DNA of 64,000 bases, from contig JBAZSG010000001.1 of the NCBI GenBank assembly GCA_041662585.1, positions 2,381-66,380 on the forward strand, given 5' to 3'. Shown here one piece after another: positions 10,295 to 19,896 of this stretch. The position numbers and the translations under genes are program-made. This DNA comes from Patescibacteria group bacterium (GTDB lineage: Bacteria > Patescibacteriota > Patescibacteriia > UBA1558 > GWA2-36-10). The notes beneath the pieces are model-generated. The model did no database searches. It saw only the letters and a program-made list of their open reading frames with translations, and was not told the DNA's origin. Positions within the stretch are counted from its first letter, which is position 1. Each line of letters opens with the position of its first letter.

Positions 10295-10468
10295 ATTTTT
10301 AATTAAATAATTATAAGCCTATCTGTATTATATCAAAAAAATAGCTTAAAAGACAGAATTTTATCAACTTTATTACTAATAAACACAAATTAACTATATA
10401 AATATAGCCTACAGTTAGTCTTTACAAAAATCACATAATATATTATTATATAGCAGTCTTAATATTGT

Positions 10469-10556
10469 GGAGAGTTGGCAGAGCGGTCGAATGCGGCGGT
10501 CTTGAAAACCGTTGAGCTGAAAGGCTCCGAGGGTTCGAATCCTTCACTCTCCGCCA
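10469..10556 (+). tRNA. tRNA-Ser (anticodon UGA), type II with long variable arm
   Basis: Cloverleaf: acceptor GGAGAGT/ACTCTCC, anticodon loop CTTGAAA, long variable arm, T-loop GGTTCGAATCC, encoded CCA. Confidence 0.85.
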
Positions 10557-10632
10557 GTCCTCGTAGCTCAGTGGATAGAGCGTTTGGTTGCGGACCAAAA
10601 GGCCGCAGGTCCGATTCCTGCCGGGGACACCA
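10557..10632 (+). tRNA. tRNA-Arg (anticodon read as GCG)
   Basis: Acceptor GTCCTCG/CGGGGAC, D-arm GCTCAGTGGATAGAGC, anticodon stem TTTGG/CCAAA with loop TTGCGGA, T-arm GCAGG-TCCGATT-CCTGC, CCA encoded. The anticodon assignment depends on my manual fold. Confidence 0.75.
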
Positions 10633-10657
10633 TTAAAGACTTATTTTGTATTTATAT

Positions 10658-10747
10658 GGAGAGGTGCCTGAGTGGTTGAAAGGGGCACCCTGCTAAGGTG
10701 TTATTCGGGAAACCGGATCGAGGGTTCGAATCCCTCCCTCTCCGCCA
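10658..10747 (+). tRNA. tRNA-Ser (anticodon GCU), type II
   Basis: Acceptor GGAGAGG/CCTCTCC, anticodon loop CTGCTAA, long variable arm, T-loop GGTTCGAATCC, CCA encoded. Confidence 0.85.
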
Positions 10748-10825
10748 GATAATAAACCCTTTATTTCAGGGATTTTTTGTTTATCAAAAATATGCTATAA
10801 TAAAAATGCTTAGAAATATAAAAAT

Positions 10826-11377
10826 ATGCCAAAAAATACAAAAAAAGAAGCTAACAAAAATGAAAATTTGGAGTCCGAAAAGGCAGAAAATATTGATGAT
10901 AGTGATTATGGTAAAGTTTTTGCTGCTTGGGAATTTCCCGAATTTATAAAGCATGAAAGAGGCAAAATATGGTATGCCAGTTTTACAATAGTCTTTTTGG
11001 CCCTGTTGATTTATGCTTATTTTTCTGACAATCTATTGTTTGCTATTATCTTGGTAATTTTTGCTGTCCTCTATCTCACTTCTGCCAAAAACGATCCTCT
11101 TACTGTAGAAACGGCTATTACAGAAGGTGGTATATTTATTAATAACAAATTTATACCTTATGAAGATTTTGCTAACTTCTATATTATCTATTATCCTCCT
11201 GAAATAAAAAATCTTTACCTTGAACCAAAAAGTATTATCAAACATACAATAGTCATTCCTCTAGAAGATCAAAATCCAATACATTTACGAGAAATACTTT
11301 TAACTTACCTGGATGAAGACTTAGAAAAAGAAGAAATTCCAGCCAACGAAGGCATATCAAGAATACTAAAATTATAA
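10826..11377 (+). CDS. Hypothetical membrane protein (two TM helices plus a PH-like soluble part)
   Basis: ORF with plausible codon usage; hydrophobic segments FTIVFLALLIYAYF and FAIILVIFAVLYL. No recognisable catalytic motif. Confidence 0.5.
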   Translation: MPKNTKKEANKNENLESEKAENIDDSDYGKVFAAWEFPEFIKHERGKIWYASFTIVFLALLIYAYFSDNLLFAIILVIFAVLYLTSAKNDPLTVETAITEGGIFINNKFIPYEDFANFYIIYYPPEIKNLYLEPKSIIKHTIVIPLEDQNPIHLREILLTYLDEDLEKEEIPANEGISRILKL

Positions 11378-11441
11378 ACCAAAAAATAAGCAAATACCTT
11401 TAAGCTGGACCCTATAAGTCCAGCTTATTAAAACATAGCAA

Positions 11442-13571
11442 ATGTCTATAAAAACTTTAAACTTGGATTTGGATATTAAAAAATTGCATAATATTGCCAA
11501 TAAGCTGGCTTCTGATTTAAAAAAAATAAATATAAATACTGTCGGTGACCTGCTCTGGTACTTTCCTCATCGCTATGATGATTTGAGTGAAATAAAACAA
11601 ATCAAAGATATTGCTGAAAATGAAATAAATACAGTGAGAGTCAAGATTACAAATCTAAAAACCTATCGTGCTTGGCGAGCCAAGATGACTATCACTGAAC
11701 TCACAGGAGAAGATGCCAGTGGTCAAGTAGAAGCTATCTGGTTTAGACAAAAATTTGTAGCGCAAATACTAAAAATTGGTGATGAAATATATCTCAGTGG
11801 TAAAGTAAAAAGGAAAAAAGATATTTGGCAATTTGTCAGTCCTAGCTATGAAAAAGAAAAAATAGATCCTATCCATAGTGGTCGTCTAGTGCCTATTTAT
11901 CATCTCAGTGGTAAGCTCACTCAAAAACAATTGCGTTTTTTGATAAATAAGGCGCTCAAAGAAGTAGTCTCTATCAATGATCCTCTGCCAGTAGAAATAT
12001 TAAATAAAGAAAAATATCCATGGCTCCAAAATTCTCTAGAACAAATTCATTTTCCCACAGATAAAACTACTCTAAAAGCAGCTAGTCAAAGACTGAAATT
12101 TCAAGAATTGTTTTATCTACAAATAAAATATCAGCTAGCCAAACAAGACTACCAAACTCAAGCTACTTACAAAATAGCCCTAGATAATAAACTGATAAAC
12201 CAACTACTAAAAAGCCTGCCTTTTAAGCTAACCTTAGACCAACAAAAAGCCCTCTATGATGTCTTGGCTGATCTAAACAAAGATATACCTATGAATAGAC
12301 TAATAGAAGGAGATGTGGGCTCTGGTAAAACAATAGTAGCTATTTTGGCTGCTCTAAACACCATGGCTAGTGACTTACAAGTGGCTCTGATGGCTCCAAC
12401 CGAAATACTAGCTAGTCAACATTTTGCCAATATCAAAACTATACTACCCTCCAAATATCTATCAAGCATAGCCTTGCTGACTAGAAGCAAACAAGAACTA
12501 GGCAATGAAGCAAAAATCAGCAAAAAAATATTGAGTCAAAAAATAGCCAATAACTCTATAAAATTTGTGATTGGTACTCATAGTCTAATTCAAGATAAAA
12601 TATATTTTAAAAAGTTGGCTTTGGTCATTATAGACGAGCAACATCGTTTTGGAGTCAAACAAAGAAAAGCTTTAAAAGACAAGGTGAATGGCGAAGCCAG
12701 AGAAGGTGGCCTGGGCCACAAAAATAATCCGCCAGCTGGCGGAAATAAAGTCCCTCATCTATTATCTATGACTGCCACTCCTATCCCTCGCACTCTAGCT
12801 CTCACTTTGTATGGTGATCTAGATATATCACTCATCAAAGAAAAGCCAGCTGGTCGTCAAGCTATAAAAACTTTTTTGGTGCCTGATCAAAAAAGACAAG
12901 CTGCTTACAAATTTGTGCTTGAAAAAATAAAAAACAAAGAACAAGTTTTTGTGATTTGTCCTTTGATTGATGACAGTGATAAACTGGGTGTCAAATCCGT
13001 CACAGCTGAATACAAAAAATTGAATAAAGAAATATTTCCTGATTTGGAAATACGCATGCTACACGGCAAATTAAAATCAGAAGAAAAATCAAAAATAATG
13101 ACTGATTTTAAAGCCAATAAATTTCCTATTTTGGTAGCTACCTCGGTCATTGAGGTTGGTGTGGACATACCAAAGGCTACTATGATGATTATAGAAAGTG
13201 CTGAAAGATTTGGTCTTAGCCAGCTCCATCAATTTCGTGGTCGAATTGGACGCAACAAATTGGCTAGTTTTTGTCTACTCTTTACTAGTGATAATTCTCA
13301 AATCAATACTACCCGCCTACAAGCTCTCAGCAAAACAAACAATGGCTTTGAATTGGCTGATTTGGATTTAGAATTACGGGGAGCTGGTGAAATGTTTGGT
13401 AACCGTCAAACAGGCCTTATAAAACTAAAAATAGCCAAATTGTCAGAAACAAAGCTAATCAAAAAAGCCCAAAACTGGGCTCAGGATATATTGTCGGATA
13501 AAAAGTATTTGGCTAGACATGACTTGCAAGCCACTATCAAAGCTCTAAAAACTGAAACTCATTTAGAATAA
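11442..13571 (+). CDS. recG: ATP-dependent DNA helicase RecG
   Basis: Wedge/OB N-terminus, Walker A GDVGSGKT, DEQHRFGV, LSMTATPIPRTL, HGKLKSEEK, QLHQFRGRIGR. Carries a ~20-aa insertion after DEQHRFGV. Confidence 0.9.
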   Translation: MSIKTLNLDLDIKKLHNIANKLASDLKKININTVGDLLWYFPHRYDDLSEIKQIKDIAENEINTVRVKITNLKTYRAWRAKMTITELTGEDASGQVEAIWFRQKFVAQILKIGDEIYLSGKVKRKKDIWQFVSPSYEKEKIDPIHSGRLVPIYHLSGKLTQKQLRFLINKALKEVVSINDPLPVEILNKEKYPWLQNSLEQIHFPTDKTTLKAASQRLKFQELFYLQIKYQLAKQDYQTQATYKIALDNKLINQLLKSLPFKLTLDQQKALYDVLADLNKDIPMNRLIEGDVGSGKTIVAILAALNTMASDLQVALMAPTEILASQHFANIKTILPSKYLSSIALLTRSKQELGNEAKISKKILSQKIANNSIKFVIGTHSLIQDKIYFKKLALVIIDEQHRFGVKQRKALKDKVNGEAREGGLGHKNNPPAGGNKVPHLLSMTATPIPRTLALTLYGDLDISLIKEKPAGRQAIKTFLVPDQKRQAAYKFVLEKIKNKEQVFVICPLIDDSDKLGVKSVTAEYKKLNKEIFPDLEIRMLHGKLKSEEKSKIMTDFKANKFPILVATSVIEVGVDIPKATMMIIESAERFGLSQLHQFRGRIGRNKLASFCLLFTSDNSQINTTRLQALSKTNNGFELADLDLELRGAGEMFGNRQTGLIKLKIAKLSETKLIKKAQNWAQDILSDKKYLARHDLQATIKALKTETHLE

Positions 13572-13588
13572 AATTTAAAACTAGTTTA

Positions 13589-14479
13589 TTAAATTGCTGG
13601 TTGTGGAGTACCCCCTCCGCCACCTCCATAAACACCACCTCCATAAACTGGCTCCGTACACCCATCTGGATCCTCAGTTGCACCACCCAAATCATCATTG
13701 TCACAATCACAAGGATCTAATCTCTTATATTCTGCTGTAGAATAAAAACTACAAGAACAATTTCTCCCAACTGGAGACCAAGGGCAATCAATACATTCAT
13801 CAAATTCAAGATTATTATTAACTACTGACCCCTTAAATACTGGCGTGCAAGTATCATCAAAATCACCAACTCCTACCAACTTACAAACATCAAATCTGCA
13901 ACTAGTCTCGTCTTTATAATCTTCGCAATTTTCAACTATTTTGTCCTCGTCTACCACACCATTTTCATCAATACCTTTACAAAATGCTTCTTCTGCCTTA
14001 CTGAGTTCAACAGCTCTTAAAGCTGCTTCGGGTAACTTAATTGTCAAGCTTTGTATTGAATCAAAATCAGAACTAATCTGCCTGAGTAACAATTGTCCAC
14101 CAAACAACAATGCTAAACCAATCAAAACACTAGTAACCATATCTTTGGATTCATTTATTTTTTGAGCGTTGCCAGCGGCCATAAGCCAGCGCCAAGCAGC
14201 AATCACCAACATAAACATAGCTACAATACCGGCAAAGCCAGCACCATAAGTATAAATAGCCACAATATAAGAAGCCAAAAAATCACCACCATGGATAGTA
14301 TTTTCTCCAGCAAAATTGTAGCCATTTATTGTAATTGGTATTGGAACATTTGGCTTATATGTTATATCAACAAAATCTGGTAATCCCAAAGCATCTCCGA
14401 CCTGTGCATTTGCTACAATAGGTAGTATCACAAATAAAGTCACTAATAACCCCAGAATGATTGATTTTTTATTCTTCAT
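13589..14479 (-). CDS. Secreted membrane protein with VirB2/TrbC-like topology (signal peptide plus two TM helices) and a long Cys/Asp-rich C-terminal tail ending in a poly-Gly tract
   Basis: Signal peptide ending PIVANA; hydrophobic hairpin ASYIVAIYTYGAGFAGIVAMFMLVIAAW ... VTSVLIGLALLFGG; tail rich in C/D/E and ending VYGGGVYGGGGGGTPQPAI. Last gene of the T4SS-like operon. Confidence 0.35.
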   Translation of the reverse strand: MKNKKSIILGLLVTLFVILPIVANAQVGDALGLPDFVDITYKPNVPIPITINGYNFAGENTIHGGDFLASYIVAIYTYGAGFAGIVAMFMLVIAAWRWLMAAGNAQKINESKDMVTSVLIGLALLFGGQLLLRQISSDFDSIQSLTIKLPEAALRAVELSKAEEAFCKGIDENGVVDEDKIVENCEDYKDETSCRFDVCKLVGVGDFDDTCTPVFKGSVVNNNLEFDECIDCPWSPVGRNCSCSFYSTAEYKRLDPCDCDNDDLGGATEDPDGCTEPVYGGGVYGGGGGGTPQPAI

Positions 14480-14488
14480 AAAATTTGT

Positions 14489-15712
14489 TTATTTTAATCT
14501 AATGCTTTGTAAATTTCCATAACCATCTGTAAAATATAACAATGATCCATCAGGAGAGGTAAAAAGATTATAAGCCGTATAGGTACCACTATCACCGACT
14601 GGACTAGCAATCAAAGTCTTGGTTCCTGAATTTAAATTTACATAATAAAAATTATCTGGATAACGCTCAGCTATCTCTGGATAAAGACCAGCACCACGAG
14701 GCAGACCTTGTGGCACCGCACAATACATAGCATCTTCCCCAGCAAAAGTACATTTATCTGGCCAAGTAGCAATATTTAATGATACTTTTATATCCCCTAG
14801 TTCACTAGTACGCCCATTGGTCACCCAAATATTTGGATTATAATTTGTACTTTCACTATACACACTATAAACCATACTATTACCTTCTGGAGACCAATCA
14901 TACTCAAAACCAGCTCCATTGACTACAAAAGATTTGAAAGATTCACCGTGTAAACCAATAGGATAAATCTCTTGTCTTTGAGCATCAGCATACTTTCTAT
15001 TGATAATTGCTACTTGATTGTCCGGAGAAAAACCAACAAAAGTATTGTGTGATTGATCGCCTAGTGGTTCTATCAAAGACATACCCGAACCATCATCATT
15101 GGAAGTTATCAACCAATTGTCTTCGTCATTTTGACCGATCCATTTGGCAGCTATCTTACTATTGGAAGTATCAAAAGAAAAATCTTCCAACTCTTGAGGT
15201 AAAGTTACCTGTCTACCTGTTTTAAAATTGTATAAAATATTTGAACCATCAGGATATTCTAAAATAGCTTTTTCAGCATTATTGGCCCAAGTAACATTTT
15301 CAACTTGATAAAATAATTTATCACTCAATTCTTCAAGCTCTCCATTTTCATTGATACGATAAAATTTTTGGCTATTGGTATCATAATATTGCAAGCCACT
15401 TTGACTAGCTGTCAGCCCCTTTATTTCATTGTTTACCAATTCATTGACTCTGGTCAGACCTCCACTAGCTACATCTGAAACTTTGTCTTGGATATAATCT
15501 TGCCAAGGCAAGGATGTGTCATTGGTATTGGTATTATCAACATCAACAATAGATACATTGCCATTACCAATCCCTGGTAAATCACCGGCATTAAAATTGG
15601 CCGGTGGTACAATCGGTGCGCTAGGTTTAAAAAATACATAGTATAAAGCATAGCCTAGTCCAAACACCAAGATAATAAAAGCTATGACTGTAAAAATCTT
15701 TTTTTTATCCAT
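14489..15712 (-). CDS. Membrane-anchored beta-propeller (TolB/PD40-like repeat) protein
   Basis: N-terminal TM anchor FTVIAFIILVFGLGYALYYVFF, then repeated ~40-aa units with W/Y-S-P-D-G patterns (YDWSPEGNSMVYSVYS, FTSPDGSLLYFTD). Confidence 0.45.
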   Translation of the reverse strand: MDKKKIFTVIAFIILVFGLGYALYYVFFKPSAPIVPPANFNAGDLPGIGNGNVSIVDVDNTNTNDTSLPWQDYIQDKVSDVASGGLTRVNELVNNEIKGLTASQSGLQYYDTNSQKFYRINENGELEELSDKLFYQVENVTWANNAEKAILEYPDGSNILYNFKTGRQVTLPQELEDFSFDTSNSKIAAKWIGQNDEDNWLITSNDDGSGMSLIEPLGDQSHNTFVGFSPDNQVAIINRKYADAQRQEIYPIGLHGESFKSFVVNGAGFEYDWSPEGNSMVYSVYSESTNYNPNIWVTNGRTSELGDIKVSLNIATWPDKCTFAGEDAMYCAVPQGLPRGAGLYPEIAERYPDNFYYVNLNSGTKTLIASPVGDSGTYTAYNLFTSPDGSLLYFTDGYGNLQSIRLK

Positions 15713-15744
15713 ATTATATAATATATAAATTCATTTTTAGCTTA

Positions 15745-16209
15745 CTAATCAAACAAACTGGTGATAGTATCCCAAGCAAGATCTAGCCCAAAACCAATTG
15801 GATCAACTAAAATGGTCAATAAAGTCAAGGCTAATAATACAATTGCTGCCAACAAAACACCCAGTATCAACCAAAGAATCAACTCATACAATTCTAGCTT
15901 TGGTATCCACTTTGATCCCATAAGATTGCCACCAATAGCCTGTACAGTCCAAATACCAAAAGTAACCAATAATCCTACACCAGTAGCTCCAGCTCCCCAA
16001 GAAGCTGCTCTAACACTTACTTTTTTGGCCACTTCTTTGACTATCTTATCTCTCCATTCTTTACTGATTTTTTCTCTGGCCTGTCGTTTTATTTGCTCCA
16101 AATCTCTAGCAACAGCTTTGTTAGACGCCCCTTGTAAACTACCAAAGTCTTGCTCTTCTGGTGTTTCCTGAAAATCATCCTGATCTAATGTTGTATCTAG
16201 TGCTGGCAT
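15745..16209 (-). CDS. Small membrane protein of the T4SS-like operon (2-3 TM)
   Basis: Hydrophobic segments GVGLLVTFGIWTVQAIGG and LILWLILGVLLAAIVLLALTLLTILV; charged N-terminus. Confidence 0.4.
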   Translation of the reverse strand: MPALDTTLDQDDFQETPEEQDFGSLQGASNKAVARDLEQIKRQAREKISKEWRDKIVKEVAKKVSVRAASWGAGATGVGLLVTFGIWTVQAIGGNLMGSKWIPKLELYELILWLILGVLLAAIVLLALTLLTILVDPIGFGLDLAWDTITSLFD

Positions 16210-16218
16210 AAAATAAAA

Positions 16219-16773
16219 TTATTTCCAAATTACTTGGTCAACCAACCATTTATCATCTACTTTTAATAAATCTACTTGCGTTTCTTGATAATAAACATTT
16301 TCTTCCAGTTTGGCATTGGTTTCTATTTTTTGGGTATTTACTAATATCTGAGCACTAGTATCATCTATCACTATAATCTGGGCGCTAATACTCTTGGTCG
16401 TCACACCTCTAAATTCTTCAGCACCAAAATTGAGTTTTATATTTTTTAAATAATTTTGCATTTTAACAGTGCTAAGAGACAAGAGCTCACTTAGATTTGC
16501 TCCTTGATTGTCAGTAGACCAAGATCCAAATCTAGCGACATAAGACTTGGCCAAATTGATAGCGGAAAACTCCGTAGGATCCTCTCCAACTACTTTAGTT
16601 GGATCATATTGTAATACTGTGCTAGGTGGTGTAAAAACTGGTGGTGGTGTATTGGTATTTTCATTGACAATTGGAGACTGATCTGAAGTTCTAAGCACCC
16701 AAAGTAAAAAAGCCAAAAGCAGTATAACAATGACTATGGCCAATAATATTTTTTTCCTTTTGTCTTCTTCCAT
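16219..16773 (-). CDS. Bitopic membrane protein, VirB8-like candidate (N-terminal TM plus ~150-aa extracytoplasmic domain)
   Basis: MEEDKRKKILLAIVIVILLLAFLLWVL anchor followed by an alternating beta-rich domain, directly downstream of VirB4. The assignment rests on position and topology only. Confidence 0.3.
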   Translation of the reverse strand: MEEDKRKKILLAIVIVILLLAFLLWVLRTSDQSPIVNENTNTPPPVFTPPSTVLQYDPTKVVGEDPTEFSAINLAKSYVARFGSWSTDNQGANLSELLSLSTVKMQNYLKNIKLNFGAEEFRGVTTKSISAQIIVIDDTSAQILVNTQKIETNAKLEENVYYQETQVDLLKVDDKWLVDQVIWK

Positions 16774-16809
16774 ATTTTTGATTTATTAAATATTGAATTA
16801 AATATTTGT

Positions 16810-18720
16810 CTATGCTTTTTCTGCTTCGGCCATCATTTGTTCTTCAAATTCTTTTTTGGCTTCTTCTATCTCAATCAATTGTCTTGGATCAGAAGTAATG
16901 ATTTGATGTTCTGCATAAGATGCTTGAATCTTTATAGCTGCGTGTTTGGCTCCAGCAAAAAATATCCCCTCTCCCAAACCTGCTTCAAGTAAAAGATATT
17001 TTTCTCCTTCAGTCAACATAAATGTTTTTTGTACTAGATTGACTGCTGCTGGTGTTTGTTTTAAAAGTAATTGTAGAGCACAATTGGTCACAATAGCATT
17101 GCCATAAGTAGAGGTCAAAAAGTCATTGACATCTTGAGTAATGGTAGTAATACCCAAATAATATTTACGACAACGCTTGACCAAGGCATACATAAACTTG
17201 GCACTATCTTCATGTCGCATCATAATCCAAGCTTCATCAACTACTAGCATTCTACGTTTGAGCTCACTTCTGATAATATTCCAGATATAGTTCATGATCA
17301 TATACATAGCAATTGGACGGAGCTCATCTTCTACATCTCTAATACAAAATACTACCAATTGATTATCTACTTTTATATTAGTCGGACTATTAAACAAACC
17401 CGCAAAAGTACCTTCGGTATATTTTTTGATACGTAAAGCCATGTCTTCACCACCCTCCATACTGAGCAATACCTCTTCCAAATCTGACATAACAGGAGCT
17501 TCAATATTGGACAAGTCACTAGCCGCTGTAATATCTTTTTTGGCATAAGTTTCAAGTATTGCCCTATCCAACAAAGAATCTTCTGAATTGGTAATATCGC
17601 CAATCATCAAACGAATCAAACCCTTGAGAGTAATGATAGCACTACGAAGTATATCTTCTGGCTTACTCTCTCCTCCTACTCCTCTTGGCAAATCAAAAGG
17701 ATTGAGCTTGCTCTCAGAATTGAGAGATACATTGATATAAGCTCCACCAACAGATTCAGATAAATGTTGATATTCATTTTCTGGATCAATAATGATAACA
17801 TCTGCTCCCAACATCATAGAACGAAGTATCTCCAACTTGATAGCATAAGACTTACCAGCACCAGAAGTAGCAAAAACTACCATATTGGCATTTTGCAAAG
17901 AAAATCTATCAAACAATATCAAACTATTGTTGTGTCTATTGATGCCATACAAAATACCCTCATCAGAAGTCAGCTCTGATGATACAAAAGGAAATGATGA
18001 AGCAATTGGTGAAGAGTTCATGTTGGTAGAAATGGTGAGTTCGTCATTGCCCAAGGGAAGTGTAGAATTGAATCCTTGTTCAGATTGAAATAATGCCCGA
18101 CGAGAATAGATGAGTTGCATACCCAATAAATTTTCTATCCTATCCGTAGCCAAATCAAGTTCATCTTTGTCTTTGGCATAGATAGTTACATAAAGTGCAA
18201 ATTGAAAAAACTTTTCCGTGCCCTGACTGAGACCATCACGAAGAGCTTCTATATCTTGTAAAGCTGTTTCGGTAATTGGATCACGGGGAGCGCCTTTTTC
18301 ATGATCAGCTATAATCTGAGCCTGCATAGTACCTACTTTATTTTTCAATTGTTTCAGTACTATTTGAATATCCAATGGATAAAAAAACATCGAAATATCC
18401 AAAGTCAAACTTTCATTGATGATAGGAGCAAACCAACCAATGGTAACATAACGAGGATAAGTCATCACAAATAAAGTACGTACAAAAAGATTGTTTAATT
18501 GCAAAAATTTTGGATCTACTTTTAAGGAAGCTGGCGCTATAATATCTCTGACCGAAACAATGCCTTCTCGAAAGACCTTTTCAGCTTCAATCAATTGTTT
18601 ATCTCTGGATATTTGCTCTTCTGGAGATACTTTGGCTCTATCACTAGCCGACAATCTTTCTAGATCTTTATCTACCTTAGTTTCTTTTTGAGCTTGTTTT
18701 ATTTTATTAAAACCAAACAT
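16810..18720 (-). CDS. VirB4/TrbE/CagE-family T4SS ATPase, C-terminal (ATPase) part
   Basis: Walker A VVFATSGAGKSY, Walker B MLVVDEAWIMM, ITQD motif; length and order consistent with the VirB4 NTPase domain. Confidence 0.8.
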   Translation of the reverse strand: MFGFNKIKQAQKETKVDKDLERLSASDRAKVSPEEQISRDKQLIEAEKVFREGIVSVRDIIAPASLKVDPKFLQLNNLFVRTLFVMTYPRYVTIGWFAPIINESLTLDISMFFYPLDIQIVLKQLKNKVGTMQAQIIADHEKGAPRDPITETALQDIEALRDGLSQGTEKFFQFALYVTIYAKDKDELDLATDRIENLLGMQLIYSRRALFQSEQGFNSTLPLGNDELTISTNMNSSPIASSFPFVSSELTSDEGILYGINRHNNSLILFDRFSLQNANMVVFATSGAGKSYAIKLEILRSMMLGADVIIIDPENEYQHLSESVGGAYINVSLNSESKLNPFDLPRGVGGESKPEDILRSAIITLKGLIRLMIGDITNSEDSLLDRAILETYAKKDITAASDLSNIEAPVMSDLEEVLLSMEGGEDMALRIKKYTEGTFAGLFNSPTNIKVDNQLVVFCIRDVEDELRPIAMYMIMNYIWNIIRSELKRRMLVVDEAWIMMRHEDSAKFMYALVKRCRKYYLGITTITQDVNDFLTSTYGNAIVTNCALQLLLKQTPAAVNLVQKTFMLTEGEKYLLLEAGLGEGIFFAGAKHAAIKIQASYAEHQIITSDPRQLIEIEEAKKEFEEQMMAEAEKA

Positions 18721-19400
18721 TATGTTTCGATGGTTAATTTATTTATATTTTCCATTGGTTGTCTTTGAAACAAATCTGGATTATAACTATTATAATACAA
18801 TTCAATCAGAGCCTGTGTACTCAAACGTTGACTCCTGAGTCCTAAACTACCAAGTCCTGAGGCAATAAAATTGCATCTTTTTTCCAATTGAGCACTAAAT
18901 TCTTCAAAACGCTTACGTCCCAAAGTAACTACCTTGGCTGAAGAAAATACGGAAGCAAATCTACTCTTAAAGCCCTTTCGTTTGTCAGTGAGCGAACTAT
19001 AAGGAACTATGACATAAAATTTCTTGCTCATTATCTTTTCTAATGTAAGTAGCTCATTTACAAAGCCTCTATAATCAGCTGTTTGAATACGTAACAATTC
19101 ATTGGTCTGCTCTCGCTCCACTTTTTTTAATCTATCCATATAATCATCAATATTTAGTGGTCTAGAATGTATAACTACTTGTAATGGATAATCTAGGGTA
19201 TTTAAAAAATTTACATAATTGCCAATTATAGCCCGTTGTTCATCTTCTGATTTTAAATCAAAGTTTACAGAAGATACCAATAGTACTCCTCTCACTGTTC
19301 CATCATTTAAAACTACTAGATCATCCCTGATCTCAGCAATATCCAAATATTTTTGTGTCGAAGTCAATACTTTTTTTCCAGCCAATTTTTTATTTTTCAT
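18720..19400 (-). CDS. VirB4-family N-terminal domain encoded as a separate ORF (split VirB4)
   Basis: YLDIAEIRDDLVVLNDGTVRGVLLVSSVNFDLKSEDEQ resembles the conserved start of VirB4/TrbE proteins. The stop overlaps the ATG of the ATPase ORF (TAATG). Confidence 0.55.
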   Translation of the reverse strand: MKNKKLAGKKVLTSTQKYLDIAEIRDDLVVLNDGTVRGVLLVSSVNFDLKSEDEQRAIIGNYVNFLNTLDYPLQVVIHSRPLNIDDYMDRLKKVEREQTNELLRIQTADYRGFVNELLTLEKIMSKKFYVIVPYSSLTDKRKGFKSRFASVFSSAKVVTLGRKRFEEFSAQLEKRCNFIASGLGSLGLRSQRLSTQALIELYYNSYNPDLFQRQPMENINKLTIET

Positions 19401-19416
19401 ACTACTTTATAATATA

Positions 19417-19893
19417 TTAAATATTATCCTCTGAAAAACTAACATTGTTTTCCCTATTTACTTGTTTTTCTCCTTTATACATACCACCAGTATCAATGAT
19501 CAAAGAAAGCTCTGATAACTTTCTACTGGAACTGAGTCTTTTGGGAACAAAAATTTCTTCTTTTGTTTCTTTGTCTTCTTTTGATTTGTATTCTTCTACT
19601 TTTATATGTTCTTTGCGCCAAATACGAAGGGCTGGTTTTTTGAAAGTTGTTTCAATAAAATTAAGAGCAAAGGTATGAAAAGGAGCTCCGTTTACTTTAT
19701 AAAAAGCAAATATACTCACTAAAATCACAATAATTACTGCCCAAAAAATAAATAATGAAAAATCTGAAAGTTTATAGGCAATAAAACCAAAAAGTAAACC
19801 AGCTAAAATAATGATAAACTGACGGACTGTAATCGGTCCCCAAATCCTATCTTCTATGTCTATAAATTGTGGTACTATAAATCTTTCTGGCAT
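19417..19893 (-). CDS. PrgI/VirB3-like small membrane protein (two TM helices)
   Basis: RQFIIILAGLLFGFIAY and LFIFWAVIIVILVSIFAFY hairpin near the N-terminus, lying immediately upstream of VirB4 as is typical for VirB3 analogs. Confidence 0.45.
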   Translation of the reverse strand: MPERFIVPQFIDIEDRIWGPITVRQFIIILAGLLFGFIAYKLSDFSLFIFWAVIIVILVSIFAFYKVNGAPFHTFALNFIETTFKKPALRIWRKEHIKVEEYKSKEDKETKEEIFVPKRLSSSRKLSELSLIIDTGGMYKGEKQVNRENNVSFSEDNI

Positions 19894-19896
19894 AAA

